Part shown: piece after piece, positions 43,200 to 53,128 of the stretch
Numbering within the stretch: the first letter of the stretch is position 1
How the letters are laid out: each line of letters starts with the position of its first letter
Assembly (NCBI GenBank): GCA_965222885.1
Contig: OZ244973.1
Location: 1,841,940-1,905,939, forward strand
DNA from: Terriglobia bacterium
GTDB taxonomy: Bacteria > Acidobacteriota > Terriglobia > UBA7540 > JAPUME01
Length of the DNA: 64,000 nucleotides
Direction of reading: 5' to 3'
Notes under the pieces: generated by a model
Databases searched by the model: none
Told to the model about the DNA's origin: nothing
Seen by the model: the letters and a program-made list of their open reading frames with translations, nothing else
Program-made: the position numbers and the translations under genes

Positions 43200-45737
43200 A
43201 GGGTAATGGAGAAACCCGGCGCGTGCTTGCGCGGTGCCGCCGCTGGACGCCCGCGCTGGGTCTGGTGGCCGCTCTGTGGCTCGCTTCCTGTGGGGGGAGG
43301 GCTCCCGTCCGACCGCCACCGCCGCCACCGCCGCCCGCCGCCCATGCCGACCGTGGAACCACCGCCTGAGCCACCTGTGGAGCCGCAACCGGGGCCTGAG
43401 ACGCCCGTGGAGCCGCCGCCGAGGCCGCCCGTGGAGCCGCCGCCGAGGCCCGATCTACCGACGGCCACCGACTTCGCCGAGCACCCGGAGTACAGTGCTG
43501 GGGAGGTGAACTCCCAGTGGCTCGCCGCGGTCGGCGCGGCCCAGGCCTATGCCCGCCTCGCGCAGCGGTACGGTGACGAGGCGCCGGGCACCGGCGTGAC
43601 CGTGGGCGTGATCGATACCGGCATCTACCTCGACCATTGGGAGTTCGATCCCGAGCGGGTCTCCGAGGAAGCCTCCGAAGGCGATGGTGGAGACCGCCAC
43701 CATGGCACGCTGGTCGCCAGCGTCATCGCCGCGCAACGCGCTCCCCTTACGCCCGAGGTTCTGGAGTTTCTACCCGCGGCCTCCCGATATAATTTTCACG
43801 GCGTCGCCTGGGGCGCCCGGCTGAAGATGTTCTCGATCCCTCTCGGCACCGGCGGCGGTCCGTACGTGCCGGTGACCCTTGAGCAATCAGAGAGAGGAGA
43901 TAAGTCCCGGGCCGAGCTCTACGAGCGGGTGCTCGACTCCGACATCGATATCCTGAACATGAGCTTCGGCTTCCCGGGTCTGATCGAGAACTACGAGGAA
44001 GCGGGGCTGCGCCGGGCCCTGCCGGAGACGATCGCTGCGCTGTTGCAGAGTGGCCGCGCGGAAAAGACGCTGGTGACCATCGCGGCCGGCAACGCTCATG
44101 GTAGGGAATGCAATCATGGGACAGATAACTGCGTAGGCGCGACCGAGGACGAGAACGGCAGGATCGACGCCAGCTCGCCCGAAGTGCGTGCCGGCCTTCC
44201 CGCCCGGATCGAGGAGCTGCGGGGCCACACGGTCGCAGTGGTGGCGACGAGCGAAGACGGTGGGATCTCGGATTTCTCCAACCGTTGCGGCATCGCCGCC
44301 AAATGGTGCATCGCCGCCCCGGGCGAGAATATCCCGATTGCCTTTCTCCGAAACCTGCCGGATGATATGGTTCGCATAGGTTATGGCCGCACGAGCGGCA
44401 CTTCCGTCGCGGCGCCGATGGTGGCGGGCGGGCTGGCGGTGATGAAGCACTACTTCCGCGACCAGCTCCCGAACACGGATATCCTGACCCGGCTCTACGC
44501 CACCGCCGCCGTCACCCCCGACGACGTGGCTGCGCATGGCGGGCGATGCCCCCGGCATCTGGACACCAACGGCGATCTCTCCACGTGCGAGCTCTCCTCC
44601 ACCCTGGGGCGCGGGCTGATGGACCTCGACGCCGCGACCCGGCCGGTGGGCGAGACCTCGATCGCGCTGGGGAGCGTGCTCTCCGGGCCGCGGGCGGCCG
44701 CGGGATCGAGCTTTCTGGCGACCGGCGGGGCGCTCGGAGATGCCGTCGCCTCGGCGCTCCGGGGCCGGGAGATGGCCGTCTTCGACGAACTCGGCGCGCC
44801 CTTCTGGGTGGGGATGGATCGGGTCCAGGGCATGGCGGATCCGGGCCTCGGCACCCGGCTGGCGCGGTTCCTGGCGCCGGCGGCCGCGACGCGCGAGTCC
44901 GCCGATGGCCGCCTGTCTATCGTCTCCGGTTTTTCCGGCGGCCTCTTGGAGATGCCGTTCGCCGCCACCCGCCTTCGCCTCGGGCACGGTCGCGCCAGCG
45001 GGGAGCACGTCTGGTCGGGCGGGCACGCCTCGCTCGTGCCGGTCGAGCACGGCGGGGCATCGCTCACCCTGGGCGACGGTACGATCCAGGCCTCGGCGTT
45101 CGCCATCGGCGCGGAGTTCAATGACCTCCGGGGCGGCCGGCAGCAGAACTCCGCCGCGGGGGCGGTGCTCTCCTGGCGGGGTAAGGGCGCGCCGTTCGGT
45201 CTTCGGCTGGGGACGGTCCGCGAGTACGACAGCGCGCTCGGCACGTCGGCGCACGGCGCGTTCGGCGGGCTCGCGGCTGGCGTGGCCTTCGCCGGGATGA
45301 GCGTTGCGGCTGCGGCCGGAGACTGGCGCTTCAGGGCCGAGGCGGAGCTTGGGACGACCAATGCGCGCGCCTCACCCGGGCTGGTGCGCGATATCTCGCC
45401 GCTCGGCACCTCGGCCTTCTCGGTCGCCGGCGAGCGCGCCTTCAAGGATGGGAGCCGGCTGCGCCTGTCGCTGTCGCAGCCGCTGCGGGTGGAACGCGGC
45501 CGGATCCGACTCGACGTGCCGGTGGGCCGCACCAAACAGGGCGAGGTGATGCGCGAACTGGTGGACGTGGATGCCGCGCCGTCCGGGCGAAGCCTCGACT
45601 TGGCGGCGGAGTGGACCCGTCCCCTTGCAGTCGCCGGCGAGGCGCGCCTCGGCGCGACGCTCGTGCTGCAGCCGCGCCACGACGCCGGGCGCGCGCCCGA
45701 ACTCGTGCTGATGGTGGGCTACCGACTTGCGTTCTGA
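43196..45737 (+). CDS. S8 subtilase with probable lipoprotein signal, Pro-rich linker and C-terminal beta-barrel-like domain (frameshift near 43335)
   Basis: Triad VIDTG / HHGT / GTSVAAP; C-terminal YRLAF; signal MKGNGETRRVLARCRRWTPALGLVAALWLASC lies in another frame starting at ATG 43196. Confidence 0.8.
43403..43450 (+). repeat. 24-bp tandem repeat (PVEPPPRP x2)
   Basis: GCCCGTGGAGCCGCCGCCGAGGCC twice; degenerate units upstream. Confidence 0.8.
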
Positions 45738-45772
45738 GCGGTCCTGCTGTTATATACCTGGAGTAGAGGATC

Positions 45773-47233
45773 ATGAAGAAACCAAGTGATTTCGGGGCGG
45801 CTGCCCCCCGACTGCCTCGCCGCCACTTTCTGTGGCAGTCGGGAAGCGGGCTGGGCGCGATTGCCCTGGCGTGGCTCCTCGACCAGGATGCCGGTGGGTT
45901 GTCGGCGAAGCTCACCGGGTCGCCGTACGCACCAAAGCCACCTCACTTTCCTGCGAAGGCCAAGCGCGTCATTCACATCTTTGCCATCGGCGGGGTCAGC
46001 CACGTGGATACGTTCGATTACAAAGCGGATCTGATCAAGCACGACGGCAAGGCCCTGAACACCCAAGAGAAAATCGACACCTTCTTCGGTAAGCCCGGCA
46101 ACCTGATGAAGAGTCCATGGGAGTTCAGCCGCCGCGGGGCCAGTGGTCTGTGGGCGAGCAACCTGTTACCCCACCTGGCCACTTGCGTGGACGACATGAC
46201 GTTTATCTATTCGATGGTGGCGAACACTTCCAACCACACGCCCGCAACTTTCCAGATGAATACCGGCTTTATACGCAATGGTTTTCCTTGCCTGGGATCA
46301 TGGCTCGCTTACGGGTTGGGGTCCGAGAATCAGGACCTGCCCGCGTTTGTGGTGCTGCCGGACCCGCGCGGCGTCCCGGGCGGCGGATCCATCAACTGGA
46401 CTTCCGGTTTTCTGCCCGCCACCCATCAGGGGACGGCCTTCCGTACTTCCGATGAGCAGCCCATCGCCGACCTGAAGACTCCCAAGGATGTCCCCGCCCC
46501 ACCCCGCGAAGCGAGCATGGCCTTGCTGCGGAAGATGAACCAGGATCATTGGGCCACCCACCCGGAGGACACCACGCTGGCGGCGCGCATCCGCTCCTAC
46601 GAGCTGGCCGCGCGGATGCAGGTCAGCATTCCGGAAGTCATTGACTTTTCCGGGGAGTCCGAGGAGACGAAACGACTCTACGCTCTCGATTCGCCCGTCG
46701 CCGGGTTCTTCGGGCGCAACTGCCTGCTGGCTCGGCGGCTGCTGGAACGCGGCGTGCGGTTCGTGCAGGCCTATCATGGAGGGCTGATCGACAACAACGC
46801 CAACTGGGATGCCCATGCCGACATTTACGAAAATCACCCGAAGCAGGCGGAAAGCATGGACCAACCCCTCGCCGGTCTCCTGAAAGATCTAAAGGCTCGC
46901 GGCATGCTCGAAGACACGCTGGTTGTGTGGACCACCGAATTCGGTCGCATGCCCATCACGCAAGGAATTGGCGAGCGGGGCCGCGATCATAATCAGCACG
47001 TCTTTACCTGCTGGCTCGCCGGAGCCGGCCTGAAGCCGGGATTCGGCTACGGGTCTTCCGACGAGGTCGGCTACCGGATGGGTGAGAATCCGGTAACGAT
47101 CCATGACTTCCATGCCACGATCCTGCATCTGCTCGGACTCGATCATAAGCGTCTGACCTACTACCACAACGGCATCCAACGCCGCCTGACCGACGTTCAT
47201 GGGAATGTCATTCAGGAGTTGCTGAAGTCCTAA
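45773..47233 (+). CDS. DUF1501 domain protein with Tat-like signal
   Basis: PRRHFLW, AKRVIHIF..GG.SHVDTFD, EFGRMP, GRDH, RRLTDVHG. Confidence 0.92.
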   Translation: MKKPSDFGAAAPRLPRRHFLWQSGSGLGAIALAWLLDQDAGGLSAKLTGSPYAPKPPHFPAKAKRVIHIFAIGGVSHVDTFDYKADLIKHDGKALNTQEKIDTFFGKPGNLMKSPWEFSRRGASGLWASNLLPHLATCVDDMTFIYSMVANTSNHTPATFQMNTGFIRNGFPCLGSWLAYGLGSENQDLPAFVVLPDPRGVPGGGSINWTSGFLPATHQGTAFRTSDEQPIADLKTPKDVPAPPREASMALLRKMNQDHWATHPEDTTLAARIRSYELAARMQVSIPEVIDFSGESEETKRLYALDSPVAGFFGRNCLLARRLLERGVRFVQAYHGGLIDNNANWDAHADIYENHPKQAESMDQPLAGLLKDLKARGMLEDTLVVWTTEFGRMPITQGIGERGRDHNQHVFTCWLAGAGLKPGFGYGSSDEVGYRMGENPVTIHDFHATILHLLGLDHKRLTYYHNGIQRRLTDVHGNVIQELLKS

Positions 47234-47284
47234 CCTAAGACCTCTCCCGCTAAGCCCTACAAAAAAATATAGGAAAAAAACTTC

Positions 47285-47350
47285 TTGACAAGGGTTTTCT
47301 GAACGTGTAGTTTTTGTGGCTAAAAGTGGTCTAAAGTAGAGTAAAGTGAG
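47285..47350 (+). promoter_or_regulatory. dcw promoter with MraZ-binding repeats
   Basis: TTGACA-17 bp-TAGTTT; GTGG/GTGG/GTAG/GTGA at exact 10-bp period (47316, 47326, 47336, 47346). Confidence 0.8.
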
Positions 47351-47385
47351 ATCACGGGGCCAATTAAGGATGGAAACCCTTCCCG

Positions 47386-47826
47386 ATGTTGCGCGGCAGT
47401 CACACGGCGACCATAGACAGCAAAGGAAGGTTGAAAATACCGACCGCGTTCAAAGTGGTGCTCGAGGAGAACTACAGCGCGGAATTTTACATAACGAGTC
47501 TCAATGGTGACTACGTTCGGATTTACCCTTTCTCGGGTTGGAGAGAAATTGAAGAGAAGGTGGCGAGCCTGCCTTCCTTTGATAAGACGAAGAAGAAATT
47601 CCTGAATCGTACCAGTTACTTCGGTCAAATGGTGAAGATGGACACGCAAGGGCGGATTCTGATTCCTTCCCGACTCCGGCAGACAGCCGGCATGAGAGGT
47701 GAGGTAGCCGTTCTCGGGTGCCTCACTTATCTCGATGTTTGGAACCAGGCGCGGTTCCGGGAACAGATTGAAGAGGATCCCATGACCCCGGATGACGAGC
47801 AGAGTCTCAGCATGTTGGGGCTTTAG
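47386..47826 (+). CDS. mraZ: Transcriptional repressor MraZ
   Basis: DSKGRL and DTQGRILIP repeats. Confidence 0.95.
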   Translation: MLRGSHTATIDSKGRLKIPTAFKVVLEENYSAEFYITSLNGDYVRIYPFSGWREIEEKVASLPSFDKTKKKFLNRTSYFGQMVKMDTQGRILIPSRLRQTAGMRGEVAVLGCLTYLDVWNQARFREQIEEDPMTPDDEQSLSMLGL

Positions 47827-48735
47827 ATGCACCAGCCCGTATTGCTGCGGGAATCGCTGGAGTACCTGAATTTGCAACCGGAAGGTTATTACATTGACGC
47901 GACGGTGGGGCAGGGCGGCCATGCCGAGCAGATTCTGAAGGGCCTGACTACGGGGCGCCTTCTGGGTATGGATCAGGACCCGGCAGCTCTTGCTTTTGCG
48001 CGCGCGCGGCTGGGCCGTTTTGGAGACAGGTTCCTGGCCGTGGAAGGGAACTTTGCCGACGTCGTGGAGTTGTTCTCCCGTACCGGGTGGCCGCCCGTTC
48101 AGGGCGTGCTGGCCGACCTGGGGATCAGCGCCCTGCAACTGGAAGATCCGAACCGAGGCTTCAGTTTCACTTTACCGGGTCCCCTCGATATGCGGATGAA
48201 CCCTGCACAACCCCGGACGGCTGCTGACTATGTGAACCATTCGAGCGAGAGAGACCTGGCAGATCTGTTTTACCAGTATGGGGAAGAGCGCCACTCGCGC
48301 CGAATCGCGCGAGCTCTTATGAAGGCCCGCCCTCTTCGAACAACCACCGAACTGGCGCAGGTGGTGACGCGAACAGTCCCCTCCCGGGCGGGCCTCCTCC
48401 AATTTTCAGGCCGAAAGAAAAGACGCCGGTCGCTCCGCGTGCATGCGGCGACCCGGATTTTTCAGGCTCTGCGCATCGCCGTGAATCGAGAGTTGGAGGC
48501 TTTGGCGGCCTTCATCGGGAAGGTGCCGGAGGTCTTGGCGGCCGGCGGCCGGCTGGTGGTCATCAGTTTTCACTCCCTCGAGGACCGGATTGTGAAGCAG
48601 GCGTTCCAGCAATGGCGTCGGGAGCGCGGCTTTCGTCTGCTCACGCGCCACGTGGTTCGATCCGGCGACGAAGAGGTCCGCTCGAACCCGCGTAGTCGAA
48701 GTGCCCGCCTGCGGGTGGCGGAAAAAGTCTTTTAG
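47827..48735 (+). CDS. rsmH: 16S rRNA m4C1402 methyltransferase
   Basis: HQPVL, DATVGQGGH, LDMRM, SFHSLEDRIVK, NPRSRSA. Confidence 0.96.
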   Translation: MHQPVLLRESLEYLNLQPEGYYIDATVGQGGHAEQILKGLTTGRLLGMDQDPAALAFARARLGRFGDRFLAVEGNFADVVELFSRTGWPPVQGVLADLGISALQLEDPNRGFSFTLPGPLDMRMNPAQPRTAADYVNHSSERDLADLFYQYGEERHSRRIARALMKARPLRTTTELAQVVTRTVPSRAGLLQFSGRKKRRRSLRVHAATRIFQALRIAVNRELEALAAFIGKVPEVLAAGGRLVVISFHSLEDRIVKQAFQQWRRERGFRLLTRHVVRSGDEEVRSNPRSRSARLRVAEKVF

Positions 48736-48777
48736 TATTCGCGTACTTGATTCCCTCCGAGGCAAACGAATCCAGCC

Positions 48778-49278
48778 ATGCGTCGAGGAACTTCCCAGGC
48801 GAAGCGAGAAGAACCACGAGGAGCGGCGTGGGTCGCGGCTCGTAACCCGGTCTATGATTTTTATTTCTGGCGGCCGGTGGATAACTCTTCGCTGATTCGG
48901 GCGGTCGATCCGCAAAGACGACGTCAGTATTGGCGGTTCCTGAAGATCAGCGTGGTCGTTTTTCTTTGCGTGCTGATCTATGCCTGGCAATATTTCGCGT
49001 GCCTTCGGCTGCGGCGCGAAATGTCTTTCCTGAAGTCCGAGCATCAGGTTCTGTCGGAATGGCAGTATAAGCTCCGCTTGGAAAGGGCCTCGCTCGCGCG
49101 CCTGGAGCGGATTGAGGCGATCGCCGGCCGCGAGTTGGGTTTGCAGAGGGCCGAGCCTGCGCAGTTCCGATTTCCCAGGCGAGAGGCTGCCGTCGCGGAC
49201 GGCACGACCTGGGCACGGAATGTCCCCGTCCGACCGGGAGCGGAATTTTCCGAGTTGACCGAGGAGGTGGTTCGTTAG
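48778..49278 (+). CDS. ftsL: Cell division protein FtsL-like
   Basis: Single TM helix, coiled coil and RIEAIA..ELGL motif; between rsmH and ftsI. Confidence 0.75.
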   Translation: MRRGTSQAKREEPRGAAWVAARNPVYDFYFWRPVDNSSLIRAVDPQRRRQYWRFLKISVVVFLCVLIYAWQYFACLRLRREMSFLKSEHQVLSEWQYKLRLERASLARLERIEAIAGRELGLQRAEPAQFRFPRREAAVADGTTWARNVPVRPGAEFSELTEEVVR

Positions 49279-49281
49279 CTG

Positions 49282-51330
49282 ATGCGGCGAAAAAGCAAGG
49301 AGTCCATCCGGTGGTCGCGGCGGGTCATGGCGTTAGGGTTGCTGTTCTCGTTGTGGGGGCTGGCGGTGATTTTGCGTCTCTACTATCTCCAGGTCCCGCA
49401 GAATCCGCTATTCCTCAGTCGAGCCGAGAGCCTGTATGGGCGGACTCTGCAGGATACGCCCCGTAGAGGAAACATCTATGACCGGAACGGCACTCCCATC
49501 GCCATCAGCGTGGCCGTGGATTCGCTCTATGCCGTCCCCGCGGAAATTCCCAATCCGGACCTGGCGGCCCGGCTGCTGGCGCGGATTCTCTCTTTTCCTG
49601 CCAAGGATTTGGCGGCCCGGTTGCGGTCGAATCGACATTTCATCTGGATTAAGCGCAAGGTAACGGCTACCGAAATTTCCCGCATGGAGGCGTTGCAGCT
49701 CACGGGGATTTACACCCGGAAAGAAATGAAGCGGTTTTATCCGCAGGGAAGGTTGGCCGCGCAGGTTCTCGGATCTGTGGGAATGGACGGGGCGGGCTTG
49801 GCCGGCATTGAATATAAATTCAACCACAAGTTGCAGGGGCCGCCTGGCCGCCTGGTGCTTGCCACCGGCACGGCGAGCAATCTGTTGGATGGGCCGGACC
49901 GGAGTGCGCCTCCGGGCCAGGGCGTGGTGTTGACCCTGGATGAGAAGATGCAATACATCGCCGAAAAGGCTTTGGATCGGGTAGTGGCTCAATTTCGCCC
50001 TTCCGGAGCGACGGTAGTCGTTCAGGACCCTTTCACGGGCCATATCCTGGCGATGGCCAATCGGCCTTCCTACAATCCGAATGACTTTCGGAAGACCCCG
50101 GAACGGAATTGGATGAACCGCGCCGTGGCCTGGACCTATGAGCCTGGCTCGACCTTGAAGATCGTTACCTTTGCGGCATCGTTGGAGGAAAATCTCACCA
50201 CTCCGCAAGAGTGGATCGACTGCCAGAATGGGTCGCTGTTGCTGGCTGGGCATCGTTTTCACGATCATAACCCGTTCGACTCTCTGACTTCTTCTCAGGT
50301 CCTGGCGCAATCGAGCAACGTGGGAACCATCAAGCTGGCCTTGCGGGTGGGAAAGAAGCGCCTTTATCGATACCTGGACCGATTGGGATTTGGACGACCC
50401 ACCGGGATCAGGTTGCCGGGCGAGAGCCGAGGGTTGCTCAGGCCGCCTCGGAAGTGGTCCAAGCTTTCCTTAGCCTCTCTTTCCCTGGGGCATGAGATCG
50501 GAGTTACCCCGGTACAGCTTGTTACGGCGTATTCCGCGATTGCCAATGGGGGGACTTGGATGCAGCCCAAGATCTTCCGTGGCTATCGGGACGGGGAACG
50601 CCTCGACCCGGTTCAGGATGTTCCCGGGAAAAGAATTTTGCAGCCTTCGACGGCGCAAGAGCTGAAACGTATGTTGGCGCTCGTCGTAGAAGAGGGGACC
50701 GGTCGGCGGGCGCGCCCGGCCGGCTACTCGGCGGCCGGGAAAACCGGTACCGCGCAAAAAATCGATGCCACGGGAAGGTATTCGGACGATGAGTACGTCG
50801 CGTCTTTCGTTGGTTTTGCACCGGTGGATCGACCCGCCGTAACGGTGCTGGTGGTGGTTGATTCACCCTCGGGAGCAATTTATGGAGCTGAAGTGGCGGC
50901 GCCGGTGTTCAAGTCCATCACCGAGCAGATTCTGGCTTATCTAAACGTCCCGCATGCGCCCGCCTTTGAAAATCTCCAGTTGGCATCTTCGGCCGGCGGT
51001 TGGAATGCTTCCTCCTTGGAGGAAGACGACCGGGCGAAGTCCCGCCCTAACGGACTTGGGCGGCCGGTGCCGCCACTTCAGCCTCTCCAGCAAGTCTCCC
51101 TGAAGAAATTTTCGCTTCTGTCATCCGCACCCACGTTGTTTCCCGCGACAAGCCCGGGCATAGAGGTTCCTGATTTTTCGGGCCGACCGCTTCGGGAAGC
51201 GGTGCGGCAGGGTGTGGAATTGGGCCTGAAGATACGAGTCCGAGGTTCGGGTCAGGTGATTCGGCAATTTCCCGAGGCGGGATCAAGATTGGCTCCCGGC
51301 GATGAGATCAGGTTGAATTTCGGCCGCTAA
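49282..51330 (+). CDS. ftsI: Division transpeptidase PBP3 with PASTA domain
   Basis: RGNIYDRNG, EPGSTLK (SxxK), SSN, KTGTAQ. Confidence 0.92.
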   Translation: MRRKSKESIRWSRRVMALGLLFSLWGLAVILRLYYLQVPQNPLFLSRAESLYGRTLQDTPRRGNIYDRNGTPIAISVAVDSLYAVPAEIPNPDLAARLLARILSFPAKDLAARLRSNRHFIWIKRKVTATEISRMEALQLTGIYTRKEMKRFYPQGRLAAQVLGSVGMDGAGLAGIEYKFNHKLQGPPGRLVLATGTASNLLDGPDRSAPPGQGVVLTLDEKMQYIAEKALDRVVAQFRPSGATVVVQDPFTGHILAMANRPSYNPNDFRKTPERNWMNRAVAWTYEPGSTLKIVTFAASLEENLTTPQEWIDCQNGSLLLAGHRFHDHNPFDSLTSSQVLAQSSNVGTIKLALRVGKKRLYRYLDRLGFGRPTGIRLPGESRGLLRPPRKWSKLSLASLSLGHEIGVTPVQLVTAYSAIANGGTWMQPKIFRGYRDGERLDPVQDVPGKRILQPSTAQELKRMLALVVEEGTGRRARPAGYSAAGKTGTAQKIDATGRYSDDEYVASFVGFAPVDRPAVTVLVVVDSPSGAIYGAEVAAPVFKSITEQILAYLNVPHAPAFENLQLASSAGGWNASSLEEDDRAKSRPNGLGRPVPPLQPLQQVSLKKFSLLSSAPTLFPATSPGIEVPDFSGRPLREAVRQGVELGLKIRVRGSGQVIRQFPEAGSRLAPGDEIRLNFGR

Positions 51331-51395
51331 GGGAAGGGGCAAGACCCGGCCCATAGTTCATTTCCGCTGCCCGTGCCGGCCTGTCATCCAAGACA

Positions 51396-52922
51396 ATGAG
51401 AATTGCGAAAATCCTTGCGGGTCTGCCGATTCTGCACTCCGGCCTTGATCTTGCGCGTGAAGTGCGTTCTCTGGCCTACGACTCCCGCCGGGTTCGGCCC
51501 GGAGCTCTGTTCTTTGCCATCCAGGGGGAATTGGCGGACGGATACGACTTTGTTTCCGATGCCATGCGACGGGGAGCGGTAGGCGTTGTCAGCGAACGGG
51601 GCACCCAAAAGGGGCTGGAGGGGGCCTGGATAAGGGTCGAGAATGCTCGCCGTTGCCTTGCGCTGGCCGCGCGCAATTTTTATGGCCGAGCCGATCGCGG
51701 CCTGCAACTTGTCGGGGTCACCGGCACCAACGGGAAGACGACGGTCTGTTATCTCTTGGAAGCGATTTTGCGCGCCGCGGGGCGACCTCCGGGACTCCTG
51801 GGGACGATTGAGTATCATCTGGGGCGGCGTCATTTGGAATCGACCCATACAACGCCCGAATCCCTTGAGCTGCATGAATTTTTTTCCGAGCTCGTGGCCG
51901 CGGGGAAGGATGCCGTCGTCATGGAGGTTTCCTCGCACTCGTTGTCGCAGCAGCGAGTGTTCGGATGCCACTTCAAGGCTGCCGTGTTTACCAATCTGGG
52001 TCAGGATCACCTGGATTACCACGCGACCCTTGAGAATTATTGGGCGGCCAAGAAGAGTCTTTTTATCGACACGGGAGCCGGTCCCCCGGATATGGCTGTC
52101 GTCAATCGAGACGACCCCTGGGGCGGACGGCTAAGGCGGGAGATTCAAGGGAAGAAGATGACTTATGGTTTCAACAAGCTGGCCGACGTTTATCCTTTGC
52201 AGTGGCAAGCGGGATTCTCGGGCCTGAAGGCTTCCCTGGCCACCCCCGAGGGGAGAATGAAAATTGCATCACCCTTGGCGGGAGAGCATAACCTTTCCAA
52301 TCTGATGGCCGCGGTGGCCACCGGGCTCGGGTTGGGCATTCCGAAGGAAGTGGTGGCGGATGGGATCAGCCGCGTTGCGGTCGTGCCCGGCCGTTTTGAG
52401 CGCATCGAGGCCGGCCAGCCCTTCGGCGTTGTCGTGGACTACGCGCACACCGTGGAAGCATTGCGGAAGGTCCTGGAGTCGGCCCGTCGGTTGAAGCGGG
52501 GAAAGCTGATCATCGTCTTTGGGTGCGGCGGCTCGCGGGATCGGGAAAAGCGGCCGCGGATGGGCGAAACGGTGGGTTCGCTGAGCGACCTGGCCATCCT
52601 GACTTTGGATAACCCGCGTGCGGAAAACCCTCTGCGAATTTTGAATGACGTCCAGGTAGGTTTGCAAAAGGCCAGTGGAGAATACCTTGTCGAGCCGGAT
52701 CGAGCCCAAGCGATTCGCATGGCGCTGGAGGCGGCGCATGAGGGCGACCTGGTACTGGTCGCCGGCAAGGGCCATGAAACGCGCCAGATCTTCGCTGACG
52801 AACAGGTCCCTTTTGATGACCGGGACGTTTGCCGCCAATTTCTGGCGACCCTGGGATACCATGAGCCCCCCCCCCCCCCCCCCGCGCGGGGGGGGGGGGG
52901 GGCCAAGAAGGTCCCTGTCTAG
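51396..52922 (+). CDS. murE: UDP-MurNAc-dipeptide--DAP ligase (3' end uncertain, homopolymer runs)
   Basis: GTNGKTT, MEVSSH, DYAHT, DNPR, AGKGHE. Confidence 0.95.
   Translation: MRIAKILAGLPILHSGLDLAREVRSLAYDSRRVRPGALFFAIQGELADGYDFVSDAMRRGAVGVVSERGTQKGLEGAWIRVENARRCLALAARNFYGRADRGLQLVGVTGTNGKTTVCYLLEAILRAAGRPPGLLGTIEYHLGRRHLESTHTTPESLELHEFFSELVAAGKDAVVMEVSSHSLSQQRVFGCHFKAAVFTNLGQDHLDYHATLENYWAAKKSLFIDTGAGPPDMAVVNRDDPWGGRLRREIQGKKMTYGFNKLADVYPLQWQAGFSGLKASLATPEGRMKIASPLAGEHNLSNLMAAVATGLGLGIPKEVVADGISRVAVVPGRFERIEAGQPFGVVVDYAHTVEALRKVLESARRLKRGKLIIVFGCGGSRDREKRPRMGETVGSLSDLAILTLDNPRAENPLRILNDVQVGLQKASGEYLVEPDRAQAIRMALEAAHEGDLVLVAGKGHETRQIFADEQVPFDDRDVCRQFLATLGYHEPPPPPPARGGGGAKKVPV
52866..52902. 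repeat. C18-GCGC-G15 homopolymer palindrome
   Basis: Directly visible. Confidence 0.8.
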
Positions 52923-53128
52923 AGGAGCGCCGGCACGGCGAAAAGGTTAGACCCACGCTCCTCGGCTGAGGTTCGGACGGTCTTTCGAGATTGGTAGGGG
53001 CGAGATTAGCAAGGGCGAGATCAGCCCGGGCGTTCCGGGCCAGGTGATTCGGGAAACAGGCCTGTCTGCGTGCGGTGACGCACAGGCCGGCCGGGTTTCC
53101 CGGAGCTCGACGATGGCGATGGTTGGCG

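Noticed and set aside
43346-43450. 24-bp periodic repeats as a possible CRISPR array
   Set aside because: No unique spacers; they encode a Pro-rich linker; no cas genes
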